Positions 1 through 9,887 are shown, counted from the stretch's first letter. The stretch is DNA of 41,892 nt from an uncultured Peptococcaceae bacterium (GCA_964349715.1 CAYGHR010000003.1:13492-55383), one strand, 5' to 3'. Program-made: numbers and translations. The notes: generated from the letters alone by a model not told the origin.

Positions 1-2
1 CT

Positions 3-611
3 GCACTCCTGCACATGCAGGAGATACAAAGTGTGGGGTTTGACAAGCTTGTGTTTTCTCTGAAGTCCTCAGACGTATATACTACAATTCAGGCCAATGT
101 TCTGTTTAGTCAACAGTCAGATTTCCCACTGCATATAGGCGTTACCGAGGCCGGGACTCTGCTGCGTGGCGCAGTGCGGTCCGCGGTGGGCATCGGTGTC
201 CTGCTAGAGAAGGGCATAGGGGATACGCTTCGTGTATCGCTTACAGCCGACCCCATAGAAGAAGTGCGTGTCGCTAAAGTGATTCTCTCTAGTCTCGACC
301 TCGGGCACCGACAATTGCGCGTTGTATCCTGCCCAACTTGTGCACGGACTTCCCGCGAGCTCATTCGCATTGCTGAGACGGTAGAGAGTAACCTAGAGGA
401 GTTCAGCCATCTGCCGTTGAAAATTGCAGTGATGGGGTGTTCGGTAAATGGGCCGGGTGAAGCGCGCGACTCTGATGTAGGCATAGCGCTTGCGCCAAGC
501 GGTGCAGTGCTGTTTCGTGGCGGGAGAGCAATTGAGCTGATTCCCTTGGAACAAGCTGCGGTACGCCTCACGGAGGAAGTACGAGTTCTAGCATCACTAC
601 TTACCAATTAG
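3..611 (+). CDS. ispG: 4-hydroxy-3-methylbut-2-en-1-yl diphosphate synthase, 3' part (5' end outside window)
   Basis: PLHIGVTEAG, GIGDTLRVSLT, SCPTCAR and MGCSVNGPGEA (4Fe-4S ligands); frame is open to the window edge. Confidence 0.97.
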   Translation, partial: ALLHMQEIQSVGFDKLVFSLKSSDVYTTIQANVLFSQQSDFPLHIGVTEAGTLLRGAVRSAVGIGVLLEKGIGDTLRVSLTADPIEEVRVAKVILSSLDLGHRQLRVVSCPTCARTSRELIRIAETVESNLEEFSHLPLKIAVMGCSVNGPGEARDSDVGIALAPSGAVLFRGGRAIELIPLEQAAVRLTEEVRVLASLLTN

Positions 612-626
612 GAGGGGGCGGCATCG

Positions 627-1286
627 ATTAGAGCTGCGGTCATCATCCCGGCGTATAACGAAGAACGTACAGTGGGCCACATCGTGAGCGCCGCTAGGCA
701 ATGCTCTCTAGTGGACGAAGTAGTGGTGGTATGCGATGGATCTACAGATAATACCGCCGCTAGAGCGCAAGGCGAAGGTGCGCGGGTCGTTCGGCTTTCA
801 CCGAATCGCGGCAAGGGCGGGGCCATGCTCGCTGGATTCCTAGATACCAACGCCGAAGTGGTCCTGTTTCTTGATGCGGATTTGCTCGGGTTAACTGCCG
901 CTCATGTTGACGCCTTACTTAGACCCATCCTTGACGGCGAGGTGGCGTCAACCCTTGGGGTCTTTGGCAGTGGACGCATATGGACTGACCTGGCCCAGAG
1001 AATAGCACCCTTTCTTTCTGGGCAGCGAGGTGTTACGCGCAAAGTCTTAAGCGGCGCACCGAACTTCGCCGCTACGGGATGGGGAGTGGAGATTGCCTTG
1101 ACCCGCTACCTGCGTGATGCCCATATCGCCGTTCGCACCGTGGAGCTTAGAGACGTAACGCAGGTGATGAAGGAGGAGAAACTAGGTTTCTTGCGAGGGC
1201 TAGCTTCACGACTCAGGATGTACTGGCACATTCTACGCGCACTTATGTCTGTGAGGGGGCGTTCTAGGTGTCGATACCCGCGATAA
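627..1286 (+). CDS. Glycosyltransferase family 2 protein; probable non-canonical ATT start
   Basis: In-frame IRAAVIIPAYNEE lies upstream of the ORF-track GTG at 672; also VVVVCDGSTD, NRGKGGA, FLDAD; AGGAGG at 610-615. Confidence 0.88.
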   Translation: MRAAVIIPAYNEERTVGHIVSAARQCSLVDEVVVVCDGSTDNTAARAQGEGARVVRLSPNRGKGGAMLAGFLDTNAEVVLFLDADLLGLTAAHVDALLRPILDGEVASTLGVFGSGRIWTDLAQRIAPFLSGQRGVTRKVLSGAPNFAATGWGVEIALTRYLRDAHIAVRTVELRDVTQVMKEEKLGFLRGLASRLRMYWHILRALMSVRGRSRCRYPR

Positions 1287-1939
1287 CAATGGTTTCCCGG
1301 CTGACCTTGGCCTGCATCTTAGGTGGAGCCATCGGGCTGCAGCGCGAGGGTCTTAACCGCCCGGCAGGTTTTCGCACGCATGTGCTGGTGGCCCTAGGGG
1401 CAGCTTTGATCATGTTGCTCTCCATGTACGGCTTTCAGGAGTTCGGCCAGCCCTATGACCCGGGGCGCTTGGCCGCGCAAGTGGTGTCGGGCATCGGATT
1501 CTTGGGAGCGGGTACGATTATGCGTGAAGGGGCAAGCATACGGGGACTCACTACCGCCGCTTCGCTCTGGGTCGTCGCCGGCATTGGGTTAGCGTGCGGT
1601 TCCGGCTTCTACCTGAGCGCGGTGGTGGCCACAGTCTTGGTGTACTTGACGCTGGGGGTGTTCTTTCATCTCGAACGCGGTTGGATTAACCCCTCTAGTT
1701 ACGTGAAGATAACGGTTGTCACGCGAGATCAGCCTGGGCAGCTAGGACGCATCGGCGCATCGCTGGGCGGGAAGAATATCAGTGTGCGCAACATAAACGT
1801 CGATCGGGCAGACGTAGCGGAAGGCTACGTGCAAGTTCGCTTGGAAGTGAAACTCCCTAAGGGCATGGCGGTGGTGGAGGCCATGTCTGACTTAGCGGCG
1901 CTCCCCGACGTAGCGCATGTATGCGAGCTAGACAAGTAA
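1268..1939 (+). CDS. MgtC/SapB family membrane protein with C-terminal ACT-like domain
   Basis: RPAGFRTH, DPGRLAAQVVSGIGFLGAG, GLTTAASLW; C-terminal DQPGQLGRI ACT-type motif. Confidence 0.92.
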   Translation: MSIPAITMVSRLTLACILGGAIGLQREGLNRPAGFRTHVLVALGAALIMLLSMYGFQEFGQPYDPGRLAAQVVSGIGFLGAGTIMREGASIRGLTTAASLWVVAGIGLACGSGFYLSAVVATVLVYLTLGVFFHLERGWINPSSYVKITVVTRDQPGQLGRIGASLGGKNISVRNINVDRADVAEGYVQVRLEVKLPKGMAVVEAMSDLAALPDVAHVCELDK

Positions 1940-1968
1940 TGTCTGTGTTTTAGTGTCCCTGCTGTTGC

Positions 1969-1997
1969 TTGCGCGGGGGATGGGGTTTTGATATAAT
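1969..1997 (+). promoter_or_regulatory. Sigma-A promoter of the rimP-nusA-infB operon
   Basis: TTGCGC (1969-1974), 17 nt, TATAAT (1992-1997) with extended -10 TG. Confidence 0.8.
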
Positions 1998-2008
1998 ATC
2001 TGCGGCAG

Positions 2009-2031
2009 AGAGTGGGTCCTTCCCACTCTTT
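2009..2031 (+). promoter_or_regulatory. rimP leader hairpin (terminator/attenuator-like)
   Basis: AGAGTGGG-TCCTT-CCCACTCT followed by TT, between the promoter and the rimP RBS. Confidence 0.7.
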
Positions 2032-2060
2032 AGTTTATCGGGTATGAAGGGGTGTGCAGC

Positions 2061-2522
2061 ATGCAGCTGGTAGAGCGCCTGTATGAGCTATGCAAACCTT
2101 GGGTGGAAGAGCAGGGGCTAGAACTTGTGGATGTAGAGTGGGTTCCCTCGAGGAGCGGGAAGACGCTTCGTGTATATGTTTCGCGCACAGGTGAGGGACG
2201 AGTCGGGTTTGGCGACTGCGAACTAGTCACGCGAGCCCTAGAGCCTGAGCTGGACACAATCGGCGAGCTAACGGGTTACACCTTGGAAGTCTCTTCCCCC
2301 GGCCTTGACCGCGTGCTCAAGCGCACGCATGAATACGACGTCTTCAAAGGTCGACGGGCAAAGGTGGTTTTGCGTGTAGCTTATGCAGAGAGCCTTGAGC
2401 ATACAGGTGTACTCGGCGGGACGCAGGGTCAGGAAGTGCTCCTGGCAACGGACAGCGGCGACTTGCTTTCCATTCCTATAGAGAACATAAAGAAGTGTAA
2501 ACTTGAGTTTAGGGCAAAGTGA
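2061..2522 (+). CDS. rimP: Ribosome maturation factor RimP
   Basis: LELVDVE, YTLEVSSPGLDR; directly before nusA; ATG 2061 follows AAGGGGTG. Confidence 0.96.
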   Translation: MQLVERLYELCKPWVEEQGLELVDVEWVPSRSGKTLRVYVSRTGEGRVGFGDCELVTRALEPELDTIGELTGYTLEVSSPGLDRVLKRTHEYDVFKGRRAKVVLRVAYAESLEHTGVLGGTQGQEVLLATDSGDLLSIPIENIKKCKLEFRAK

Positions 2523-2538
2523 GGATGAGAAGTAAAGG

Positions 2539-3588
2539 ATGAACGCGGAATTTATCGAAGCCATCGCACAACTGGCCCGGGAAAGGCAGCTAGACAAGAG
2601 CATCCTATTTGATGCGCTGGAAACGGCGCTGTTATCTGCCTACAAGAAGAACTTTGGCGGCAGTGGCAATGTACGCGTCACCATCGACAGGGATACCGGC
2701 GAAGTCTCCGTTTACTCATTGCGCAGGCTTGTCGCCGAGGTAAAGGACGTCAACTCCGAGATGCATATTGATGAGGCTAAGAGCATTAATCCAAACTATT
2801 TACTTGGGGATATTTGCGAGACAAAAGTGACGCCGCGCAATTTCGGTCGCGTCGCCGCACAGACCGCCAAACAGATTGTCGTGCAGCGCATTCGCGAGGC
2901 TGAGCGCGGCATGATTTACCAAGAGTTCACTAACCGCGAATGCGACATCGTCACCGGCGTCATCCAGAGGGTAGACCGCAATGTCATCATCGACCTAGGC
3001 AAAGTGGAAGCTCTGCTGCCCCAGTCTGAACAAGTGGCGGGGGAGGTCTATCGCCCCGGACAACGACTTAAGACCTATGTCGTGGAAGTACGAAAGACCA
3101 CTAAGGGACCGCAAGTGACGGTTTCGCGGAGTCACCCCGGCCTCCTGAAGCGGTTACTGGAGCTAGAAGTGCCAGAAATTCACGATGGCGCGGTAGAGCT
3201 GCGCTCCGTTGCGCGCGAGGCAGGTAGTCGCAGCAAGATTGCCGTTTTTGCCCGTGATGAGAACATTGACCCGGTGGGGGCCTGCGTGGGACCACGGGGT
3301 ATGCGCATTCAGGCTATTGTGGCTGAGCTGGGAAATGAGAAAATAGATGTTGTGGAGTTTCGGGTTGACCCGCGCGAGTACGTGATGCAGGCACTCAGCC
3401 CAGCTAAAGTGAGTCGTGTAGAAATCGATGAATCGACAAAGATAGCAAGCGTGACCGTACCCGATTATCAGCTCTCCTTAGCGATTGGCAAGGAAGGTCA
3501 GAATGCGCGCCTTGCCGCCAAGCTGACCGGATGGAAAATAGACATCAAGAGCGAAAGCCAAGCTGCAAATATGCGCTCGGGAGAGTGA
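2539..3588 (+). CDS. nusA: Transcription termination factor NusA
   Basis: FGRVAAQTAKQ, AREAGSRSKIAV, QLSLAIGKEGQNARLAAKLTGWKIDI. Confidence 0.99.
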   Translation: MNAEFIEAIAQLARERQLDKSILFDALETALLSAYKKNFGGSGNVRVTIDRDTGEVSVYSLRRLVAEVKDVNSEMHIDEAKSINPNYLLGDICETKVTPRNFGRVAAQTAKQIVVQRIREAERGMIYQEFTNRECDIVTGVIQRVDRNVIIDLGKVEALLPQSEQVAGEVYRPGQRLKTYVVEVRKTTKGPQVTVSRSHPGLLKRLLELEVPEIHDGAVELRSVAREAGSRSKIAVFARDENIDPVGACVGPRGMRIQAIVAELGNEKIDVVEFRVDPREYVMQALSPAKVSRVEIDESTKIASVTVPDYQLSLAIGKEGQNARLAAKLTGWKIDIKSESQAANMRSGE

Positions 3589-3593
3589 GCGAT

Positions 3594-3860
3594 TTGAAAC
3601 ACAAACATGTGCCTGAACGCACTTGTGTGGGCTGTCGCACTGTTAAGGCCAAACGCGAGCTCGTGCGCATTGTGCGGGACCCATCCGGCGCGGTGGACAT
3701 CGATATCGCAGGAAAGAAGGCCGGCCGTGGGGTATATGTGTGTCCTAGCTTAAGCTGCTTGGAGTCTGCCGTTAAGTCCGGTCGTTTCAAAGCAGGCTTA
3801 GAGGTGGACGTGCCGGCGGAAGTGATATCTAAAATCAGGGAGAGACTGCTAGGTGTGTGA
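3594..3860 (+). CDS. ylxR: YlxR/RnpM (DUF448) RNA-binding protein
   Basis: PERTCVGCR, KRELVRIV, GKKAGRGVYVC; synteny; TTG start chosen after GGAG. Confidence 0.93.
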   Translation: MKHKHVPERTCVGCRTVKAKRELVRIVRDPSGAVDIDIAGKKAGRGVYVCPSLSCLESAVKSGRFKAGLEVDVPAEVISKIRERLLGV

Positions 3861-4176
3861 ACGGTTCCTGCACATGTTAGGCTTAGCGGAGCGGGCTCGG
3901 GCTGTCAGAAGCGGGGCTGTAGCCTGTGAGCAAGCTATTAACAGGGGGCAAGCAAGGCTCATCGTATTAGCCGAGGATGCGTCGCCGGACGTAAAGCTCG
4001 CACTCTTAGCCAAGGCACAAAGTAGGGGCATTAAGATTGTCGTTATGCCCTCGAAAGCTCTTTTGGGGAACGCAGTTGGCAAGAGCCCTCGCGCCGTACT
4101 CGTGGTCACGGACCCGAGTTTTGGGCAGAGGTTGTGGTCTATGAGCCAAGAATCTGGAGGTGGGGTAAGTGTCTAA
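3853..4176 (+). CDS. ylxQ: L7Ae/L30e family protein YlxQ
   Basis: LGLAERA, LIVLAEDAS, LGNAVGK; between ylxR and infB. Confidence 0.92.
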   Translation: MCERFLHMLGLAERARAVRSGAVACEQAINRGQARLIVLAEDASPDVKLALLAKAQSRGIKIVVMPSKALLGNAVGKSPRAVLVVTDPSFGQRLWSMSQESGGGVSV

Positions 4177-6427
4177 GATCAGAGTTTTCGAGTTAGCCGA
4201 GGAGTTACAGATACCTGCAGAGAAGCTAGTTGAGGCCCTGCGGGATCTTAACCTTAACATTTCTAATCCCATGAGTATGATTGATACTCAGGTGGCTGGT
4301 ATTATTCGCGAAGTCATCACCAAGCAACGCAAGAAACGGCCGCAGACCGCAAAAAAGGCAGCGCCTGCACCTGTGCCTGCGCCTGTGCCCCCGGTAGAGA
4401 CGCCTGCTCCGCTTGCGGTTGACCCTGTTAAGGTCGCGCCAAGACCCGAACGTGTAGAGGCGCCACGCCATACCCCTCGTCCCCCCGTGACGCAAAAGCC
4501 CAGTGCAACCGGCACGCCGGCGAAGACCGCGGCCGACACCAGGCATCCTTCTAAAGGTTCAGTGGAGCGCACCAAGGAAAAGCGCTTTCAGGAGCCCGCA
4601 TCCTCTATTGTCGACCGCAAGTTGAGCGCGGCTACACGGCGCGGCCGTCCGGCGACACAGGCGGCGCATCCGCACAACGGCGCCGTCGCGTTAAAAGTCG
4701 AGGGACCGATGACGGTAGGTGAATTGTCTAAGCTCTCCGGACGCACAGTAGGCGAGATTCTCAAGCGTCTCCTGGAAGTTGGCATGATGGCCAACATTAA
4801 TCAACAGCTAGACCTTGACACCCTAGAGATTGTCGCGGAGCTCTTGGGGTTAGAGCTTTCGGTTGTCGCTCCCGCGCAGAGCGCGGAGGAACTAGAGGAA
4901 ATCGATGCGCCGGAGAGCTTGCAGCCACGGTTCCCCGTAGTCACAGTCATGGGGCATGTTGACCACGGTAAGACCTCGCTGCTTGACGCCATTCGGCGCA
5001 CGAATGTTACTGCTTCAGAGGCGGGCGGTATCACGCAGCATATCGGGGCCTATCAAGTAGACGTGGGGGATGCTAAGGTAGTATTCTTGGACACTCCCGG
5101 ACATGAGGCCTTCACACAAATGCGCGCGCGCGGAGCTAGTGTTACCGACGTGGCCATACTTGTAGTGGCTGCGGATGACGGGGTGATGCCGCAGACTGTC
5201 GAAGCGCTCAACCACGCTAAAGCCGCTCATGTGCCTATCCTAGTTGCCATAAACAAAGTCGACAAACCCGGCGCAAATGTGGAGAAGATAAAGCAGCAGT
5301 TGACCGAGTATGGCATTGTTCCCGAGGAGTGGGGCGGAGAGAACATCTTCGTGGAGGTATCTGCCCTGCAACGCCTAGGGATAGACAGCCTGTTGGCTGC
5401 GATTCTCACGGTGGCGGAAGTGCTTGAGTTGCGCGCTAACCCTAATCGCACCGCGCGTGGCGTAGTGATTGAAGCCCATGTTGACAAAGGGAAGGGTCCT
5501 GTGGCCACAGTACTTGTACAGCGAGGCACGCTGACTATAGGCGATTCAGTCGTGGCCGGATCTAGCTTTGGAAGAGTCCGCGCTATGGTCAACGACAAAG
5601 GAAAAAGGGTAAAGAAGGCGGGCCCATCCACCCCGCTCGAGATACAAGGGTTATCCATGGCGCCAAACGCTGGCGACGAGTTCAAAGTGGTGAAGGATGA
5701 ACGAACTGCTAGGAGCAAGGCCATTGCCAACGCAGAGACCAAGAAGATGGCCGAACAACGTCCGGTACAACGCGCTAACTTAGATGACTTTTGGAAGCGC
5801 GTGCAATCCGGTCAGAACAAGGACCTTAAGCTCATCCTAAAAGGTGACGTACAAGGATCCGTGGAGGCTCTGAGACCTGCGGTTGAGAAACTCAGCAACA
5901 AGGAAGTCGAGATTAAGGTCATTCACACCGGTGTGGGACCTGTAAACGAGAGCGACGTGATCTTGGCTAAGGCATCCGACGCTATCGTCATTGGATTTAA
6001 CATCCGGCCCGACACTAATGCCCGCCGTGTTGCTGAGCAAGAGCAGGTGGATATGCGCTTCTACCGCATCATTTATGAGATTATCGACGACCTCACGGCA
6101 GCACTGAAGGGCATGCTCGCCCCCGTGTTTAGGGAAGTGGTCGTAGGGCAAGCTCAAGTTCGAGCTACTTTTAAGGTGTCGGATGTGGGGACTATCGCCG
6201 GCTGTATGGTTACGGAAGGGAAAATCACGCGTCAAAGCAGTGTTCGTCTCGTACGTGGTGGCGTTATAGTCCATGAAGGCAAAATCAACTCTCTAAAGCG
6301 ATTCAAAGATGACGCGCGTGAAGTGGCCGCCGGGTACGAGTGCGGCATTGGCTTAGAGGGGTATTCGGATGTCAAGGAAGGAGACATCATCGAAGCATTT
6401 GCCAAGGAACAAGTTGAGGTAAAATGA
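4169..6427 (+). CDS. infB: Translation initiation factor IF-2
   Basis: [33 protein letters not shown]; Pro/Ala-rich N-terminal linker. Confidence 0.99.
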   Translation: MSKIRVFELAEELQIPAEKLVEALRDLNLNISNPMSMIDTQVAGIIREVITKQRKKRPQTAKKAAPAPVPAPVPPVETPAPLAVDPVKVAPRPERVEAPRHTPRPPVTQKPSATGTPAKTAADTRHPSKGSVERTKEKRFQEPASSIVDRKLSAATRRGRPATQAAHPHNGAVALKVEGPMTVGELSKLSGRTVGEILKRLLEVGMMANINQQLDLDTLEIVAELLGLELSVVAPAQSAEELEEIDAPESLQPRFPVVTVMGHVDHGKTSLLDAIRRTNVTASEAGGITQHIGAYQVDVGDAKVVFLDTPGHEAFTQMRARGASVTDVAILVVAADDGVMPQTVEALNHAKAAHVPILVAINKVDKPGANVEKIKQQLTEYGIVPEEWGGENIFVEVSALQRLGIDSLLAAILTVAEVLELRANPNRTARGVVIEAHVDKGKGPVATVLVQRGTLTIGDSVVAGSSFGRVRAMVNDKGKRVKKAGPSTPLEIQGLSMAPNAGDEFKVVKDERTARSKAIANAETKKMAEQRPVQRANLDDFWKRVQSGQNKDLKLILKGDVQGSVEALRPAVEKLSNKEVEIKVIHTGVGPVNESDVILAKASDAIVIGFNIRPDTNARRVAEQEQVDMRFYRIIYEIIDDLTAALKGMLAPVFREVVVGQAQVRATFKVSDVGTIAGCMVTEGKITRQSSVRLVRGGVIVHEGKINSLKRFKDDAREVAAGYECGIGLEGYSDVKEGDIIEAFAKEQVEVK

Positions 6428-6714
6428 GCTATCGCGTCGGTGCGCTGTTACTTGAGTTGTTCCTGCCCGAGGTCCACTCGCTTAAAGAGAAGCGCTCGAT
6501 TGTGCGGAGCCTAGTCGCAAAGGTCAGGCAAACGTTTAACGCTTCAGTGGCGGAGGTAGAACATCAGGAACTTTGGCAACGCTCCGCGTTGGCTGTAGCG
6601 GTAGTATCGGCAAGTGCAGAGGAAGTCGACAAGAGCCTCACAGCCATTCTGGGTTTCGTGGATGCGAATCTGAGCTTAGGACTTGTCGTAAGCGCAGAAC
6701 GCGAAATGTTTTAG
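6424..6714 (+). CDS. ylxP: DUF503 protein
   Basis: HSLKEKRSIV, FNASVAEVEHQELWQR; between infB and rbfA. Confidence 0.93.
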   Translation: MSYRVGALLLELFLPEVHSLKEKRSIVRSLVAKVRQTFNASVAEVEHQELWQRSALAVAVVSASAEEVDKSLTAILGFVDANLSLGLVVSAEREMF

Positions 6715-6736
6715 TCAGTCAAGAGGAGGAGTTTTT

Positions 6737-7084
6737 GTGTCTCAGTATCGCCGGGAGCGCATTAAAGCGCTGCTCAAAGAAGCAATTAGCGATATTTTGC
6801 GGCAGATGAAGGACCCACGCATAGGGTTTGCCTCCATCACCAGCGTGGAATTGTCCGGTGACCTTAGACATCTCAAGGTGTTTGTGTCCGTGCTGGGGAC
6901 GGATGAGGAAGTAGCGGAGACGGAGAAGGCACTTGCAAGCGCAAGCGGTTATGTTCGATCGGAAGTCGGGAGCCGCGTGGGGTTAAGGTTTACACCCGAA
7001 GTGATTTTTAGACTCGACGACTCGCTCGAGCACGGAGCCCACATCAACAAGCTCCTTAAGGATATTGAACGTGGCGTCAAGTAA
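6737..7084 (+). CDS. rbfA: Ribosome-binding factor A
   Basis: KDPRIGF, SGDLRHLKVFVS, LRFTPEVIFRLDDS. Confidence 0.98.
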   Translation: MSQYRRERIKALLKEAISDILRQMKDPRIGFASITSVELSGDLRHLKVFVSVLGTDEEVAETEKALASASGYVRSEVGSRVGLRFTPEVIFRLDDSLEHGAHINKLLKDIERGVK

Positions 7085-8081
7085 CGCACTGCAAGACACG
7101 CTCATCGCTCGAATGCTTACGTCGCGAGGGGTTCTGCTCTTAGGACATGTGGCCGCCGACGGCGATTCGCTAGGTTCATGCTTTGGTCTATGGCACTTGC
7201 TTAAGAGCCAAGGCGTCCCTGTGCACGTGGTCTCAGCGGAGAGCGTCCCGGCGCGTTATCGCTTTCTGCCCGGAGTTGCTTCGGTCATTACCGCTGTCAA
7301 AGACTTCCCCGCCTTTTGGGACTTAGTCGTGGTGATGGACTGCGGGGATTTGAGACGTACCGGCCTGCAAGAAGGCCTGCTACGCAGGGATGAAGAGAGC
7401 TTGAAGGCTCGCGGTCCAGTGGAGATTATCAATATTGACCATCACCAGTCAAATCAAGGCCAGTTGGGCACAGCATGGGTAGATCCCCGTTTCGCGGCAG
7501 TCGGGCAGCAAGTCCTTACACTCGCCACACGGGCGGGCTGGGAGGTCACTCCCGATGTCGCGACCTGTTTGTATACGGCGCTAGCGACCGACTCCGGCTT
7601 CTTTCGCTACGGCAACACGTCGGGAACGCTACTGCGCGACGCAGCGACCCTGCTTGAAGCCGGTGCCGACATGCGCCTAGTTGTTGAGCACTGCTTTGAG
7701 CGCAAAACGCTCCCCGAGCTTTGTCTCCTCCGCGAGGCACTCTCTTTTCTGACGCAGGAATGCGACGGCCGGGTGACGGTGATGGAAATCCCCTTTGCCG
7801 TTTTCGCTCGTTGCAGCGTAGAGGAGGCAGAAGCGGAAGGGATAATCGAGTACGCTCGCGCGGTACCGGGAACGGAAATCGCGGTGCTTTTGCGAGCTGT
7901 GCAGCGAGACATCACCAAAGTCAGCCTTCGCTCACGCGGGAGTATGGACGTCTCTGTGGTCGCGGTAAGCTTTGGCGGGGGCGGACACCCAAACGCGGCA
8001 GGTTGTACACTGCATCTACCCCTATCCGATGTTCGCGCTGCCGTACTGGCTGCAATTAAGCAGGTACTCACCTGTGATTGA
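7071..8081 (+). CDS. nrnA: DHH/DHHA1 phosphoesterase (nanoRNase/pAp phosphatase)
   Basis: GHVAADGDSLGS, NIDHH, ATDSGFF, VSLRS, GGGGHPNAAG; start is GTG 7071 or TTG 7065. Confidence 0.93.
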   Translation: MASSNALQDTLIARMLTSRGVLLLGHVAADGDSLGSCFGLWHLLKSQGVPVHVVSAESVPARYRFLPGVASVITAVKDFPAFWDLVVVMDCGDLRRTGLQEGLLRRDEESLKARGPVEIINIDHHQSNQGQLGTAWVDPRFAAVGQQVLTLATRAGWEVTPDVATCLYTALATDSGFFRYGNTSGTLLRDAATLLEAGADMRLVVEHCFERKTLPELCLLREALSFLTQECDGRVTVMEIPFAVFARCSVEEAEAEGIIEYARAVPGTEIAVLLRAVQRDITKVSLRSRGSMDVSVVAVSFGGGGHPNAAGCTLHLPLSDVRAAVLAAIKQVLTCD

Positions 8082-8961
8082 CGGCTTCATTAACTTTTAC
8101 AAGGAAACCGGAGGAACTTCGCATCGAGCCGTGGCCGAGGTTCGTCGCATCCTTCAACTGCAGAGGGTAGGGCACATGGGCACGCTGGACCCCGCCGCAG
8201 AGGGAGTGCTGCCGCTAGCCATCGGTAGAGCCACGCGGCTCATCTCTTTTGTCGAAGGGGACACCAAGGAATACCAAGCGGAGCTTGTGCTCGGCCTAGC
8301 CACGAACACATGGGACACCACCGGGGAAATCGCAGCTACGACAGACGCCAGTCATCTCACGGAGAGACTGGTGGCACAGGTGTTGCCTCATTTCGTGGGT
8401 CGGATCTCACAAGAGCCACCAATGTTCTCCGCCATCAAAGTCGGCGGGCGCAAACTTGTCGATTTAGCCCGGCAGGGCCTCGACATCGTGCGCGAACGCC
8501 GCGCAGTTGTGGTGCACAGCATCGAGATTATTGAGTGGCGTGCGGACACCGAGAGGCCTATCGCGGTACTTAAGATACATTGCTCTAAGGGCACCTATGT
8601 GCGCTCCCTGTGCAAAGAAATTGGAGCAATGTTAGGCGTTCCCGCCTGTATGGGGAAACTCATGCGCACCGCGAGCGGCCCCTTCCACCTTGCGGAGAGC
8701 GTTTCTTTGGCGGAGTTCAGGGACTGTCCAGAGCGACACATCCGGCCTATCGATAGTTATCTGCTTTCATTCCCGAAGACAGTGATTGATGCAAGTGCCG
8801 GCGCAAGGTTTATGTGTGGACAACGTCTACCCATGGAGAATCTACCGGCAGGAGAATTCGCGGTTTTCTCGGGTTCGCGATGTGTGGGACTCGGGATTGA
8901 CCGGGGCGGCCTACTTATACCGACGCTGGTTTTGTCTAGGGAGGAGAACCGCAAGTGTTAA
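8074..8961 (+). CDS. truB: tRNA pseudouridine(55) synthase
   Basis: VGHMGTLDPAAEGVL, PPMFSAIKVGG, CSKGTYVRSL; GTG 8074 gives a typical IDGFIN start. Confidence 0.98.
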   Translation: MIDGFINFYKETGGTSHRAVAEVRRILQLQRVGHMGTLDPAAEGVLPLAIGRATRLISFVEGDTKEYQAELVLGLATNTWDTTGEIAATTDASHLTERLVAQVLPHFVGRISQEPPMFSAIKVGGRKLVDLARQGLDIVRERRAVVVHSIEIIEWRADTERPIAVLKIHCSKGTYVRSLCKEIGAMLGVPACMGKLMRTASGPFHLAESVSLAEFRDCPERHIRPIDSYLLSFPKTVIDASAGARFMCGQRLPMENLPAGEFAVFSGSRCVGLGIDRGGLLIPTLVLSREENRKC

Positions 8962-9884
8962 GTTTTACGAGCTTAGAGGGACTTGAGCGTATCAACATTT
9001 CTGCTGTTGCCCTCGGCAGTTTTGACGGTGTCCACGTCGGCCACCAAGCCATCCTGCGTCGTGCCGTCAGTATAGCCCGGGAGGTAGGAGGTTTATCGGC
9101 GGTATTTACCTTTCATCCTCATCCCGGGATGGTGACGGGGCGTAACGGCAGCGGCACAATTACCAGCCGACAACAGCGTTGCCAACTTGTAGAAGCGTGC
9201 GGTATAGATGTGTTGATTGAGCACCCCTTTACCGCGCACTTTGCCGCTCTCTCACCCCTGCAATTTCTCGAGGAAGTGTTGCTTAAGGCCTTTAATGCTC
9301 CGAACTTTGTGGCGGGGTTTAACTACACTTTTGGTCATCAAGCGGCGGGCGACATTGCGCTCTTTAAGCGCTTTGGCAGACAACATCGGTTCTTCGTGCA
9401 TGAGATTGCCCCCGTTTTCGTTCTGGGAGAGATAGTGAGCAGCACCAGAGTTCGACGCTTAATAGAGCAGGGAGAGCTAGAGGCTGCCGCACAATGCCTT
9501 GGCAGGCGCTTTTCTCTGCGGGGAGAAGTCACCGTAGGGGATGGCCGCGGCAGGAAACTCGGCTTCCCCACTGCAAACGTTCGCCTGGCTCCGCTGCAAG
9601 TTCTGCCGCCGTTTGGAGTATACTTGGTGTATGCGCAAAAATTAGGGTTTGGGGTGGCCAACCTAGGCGTTCGCCCCACATTCCCGCTCGCTAGTCAAGG
9701 CTTAGAAGTCCATTTCCTTTCTCCGGGTCAAGGGCTTGACCTGTACGGACACGACATAGAAGTCGAGCTGGTGGAATATCTAAGGGCTGAGCGCGTTTTC
9801 TCCGGTCCGGAGGAATTGCGCGCACAGGTGGAGCAGGATATTGCGCGCGCTCGGAGGCTTGCCTATTGTAACGCAAAGTGCTAG
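8955..9884 (+). CDS. ribF: Bifunctional riboflavin kinase/FAD synthetase
   Basis: GSFDGVHVGHQ, VSSTRVR, GRKLGFPTAN, GVRPTF. Confidence 0.98.
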   Translation: MLSFTSLEGLERINISAVALGSFDGVHVGHQAILRRAVSIAREVGGLSAVFTFHPHPGMVTGRNGSGTITSRQQRCQLVEACGIDVLIEHPFTAHFAALSPLQFLEEVLLKAFNAPNFVAGFNYTFGHQAAGDIALFKRFGRQHRFFVHEIAPVFVLGEIVSSTRVRRLIEQGELEAAAQCLGRRFSLRGEVTVGDGRGRKLGFPTANVRLAPLQVLPPFGVYLVYAQKLGFGVANLGVRPTFPLASQGLEVHFLSPGQGLDLYGHDIEVELVEYLRAERVFSGPEELRAQVEQDIARARRLAYCNAKC

Positions 9885-9887
9885 AAT
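9859..9887 (+). promoter_or_regulatory. Sigma-A promoter of rpsO
   Basis: TTGCCT (9859-9864), 17 nt, TAGAAT (9882-9887) with extended TG. Confidence 0.7.

Noticed and set aside
4361..4410. Short GCGCCTG/CCTGTG repeats in infB
   Set aside because: They encode the Pro/Ala/Val linker typical of IF-2 N-termini; not a repeat element
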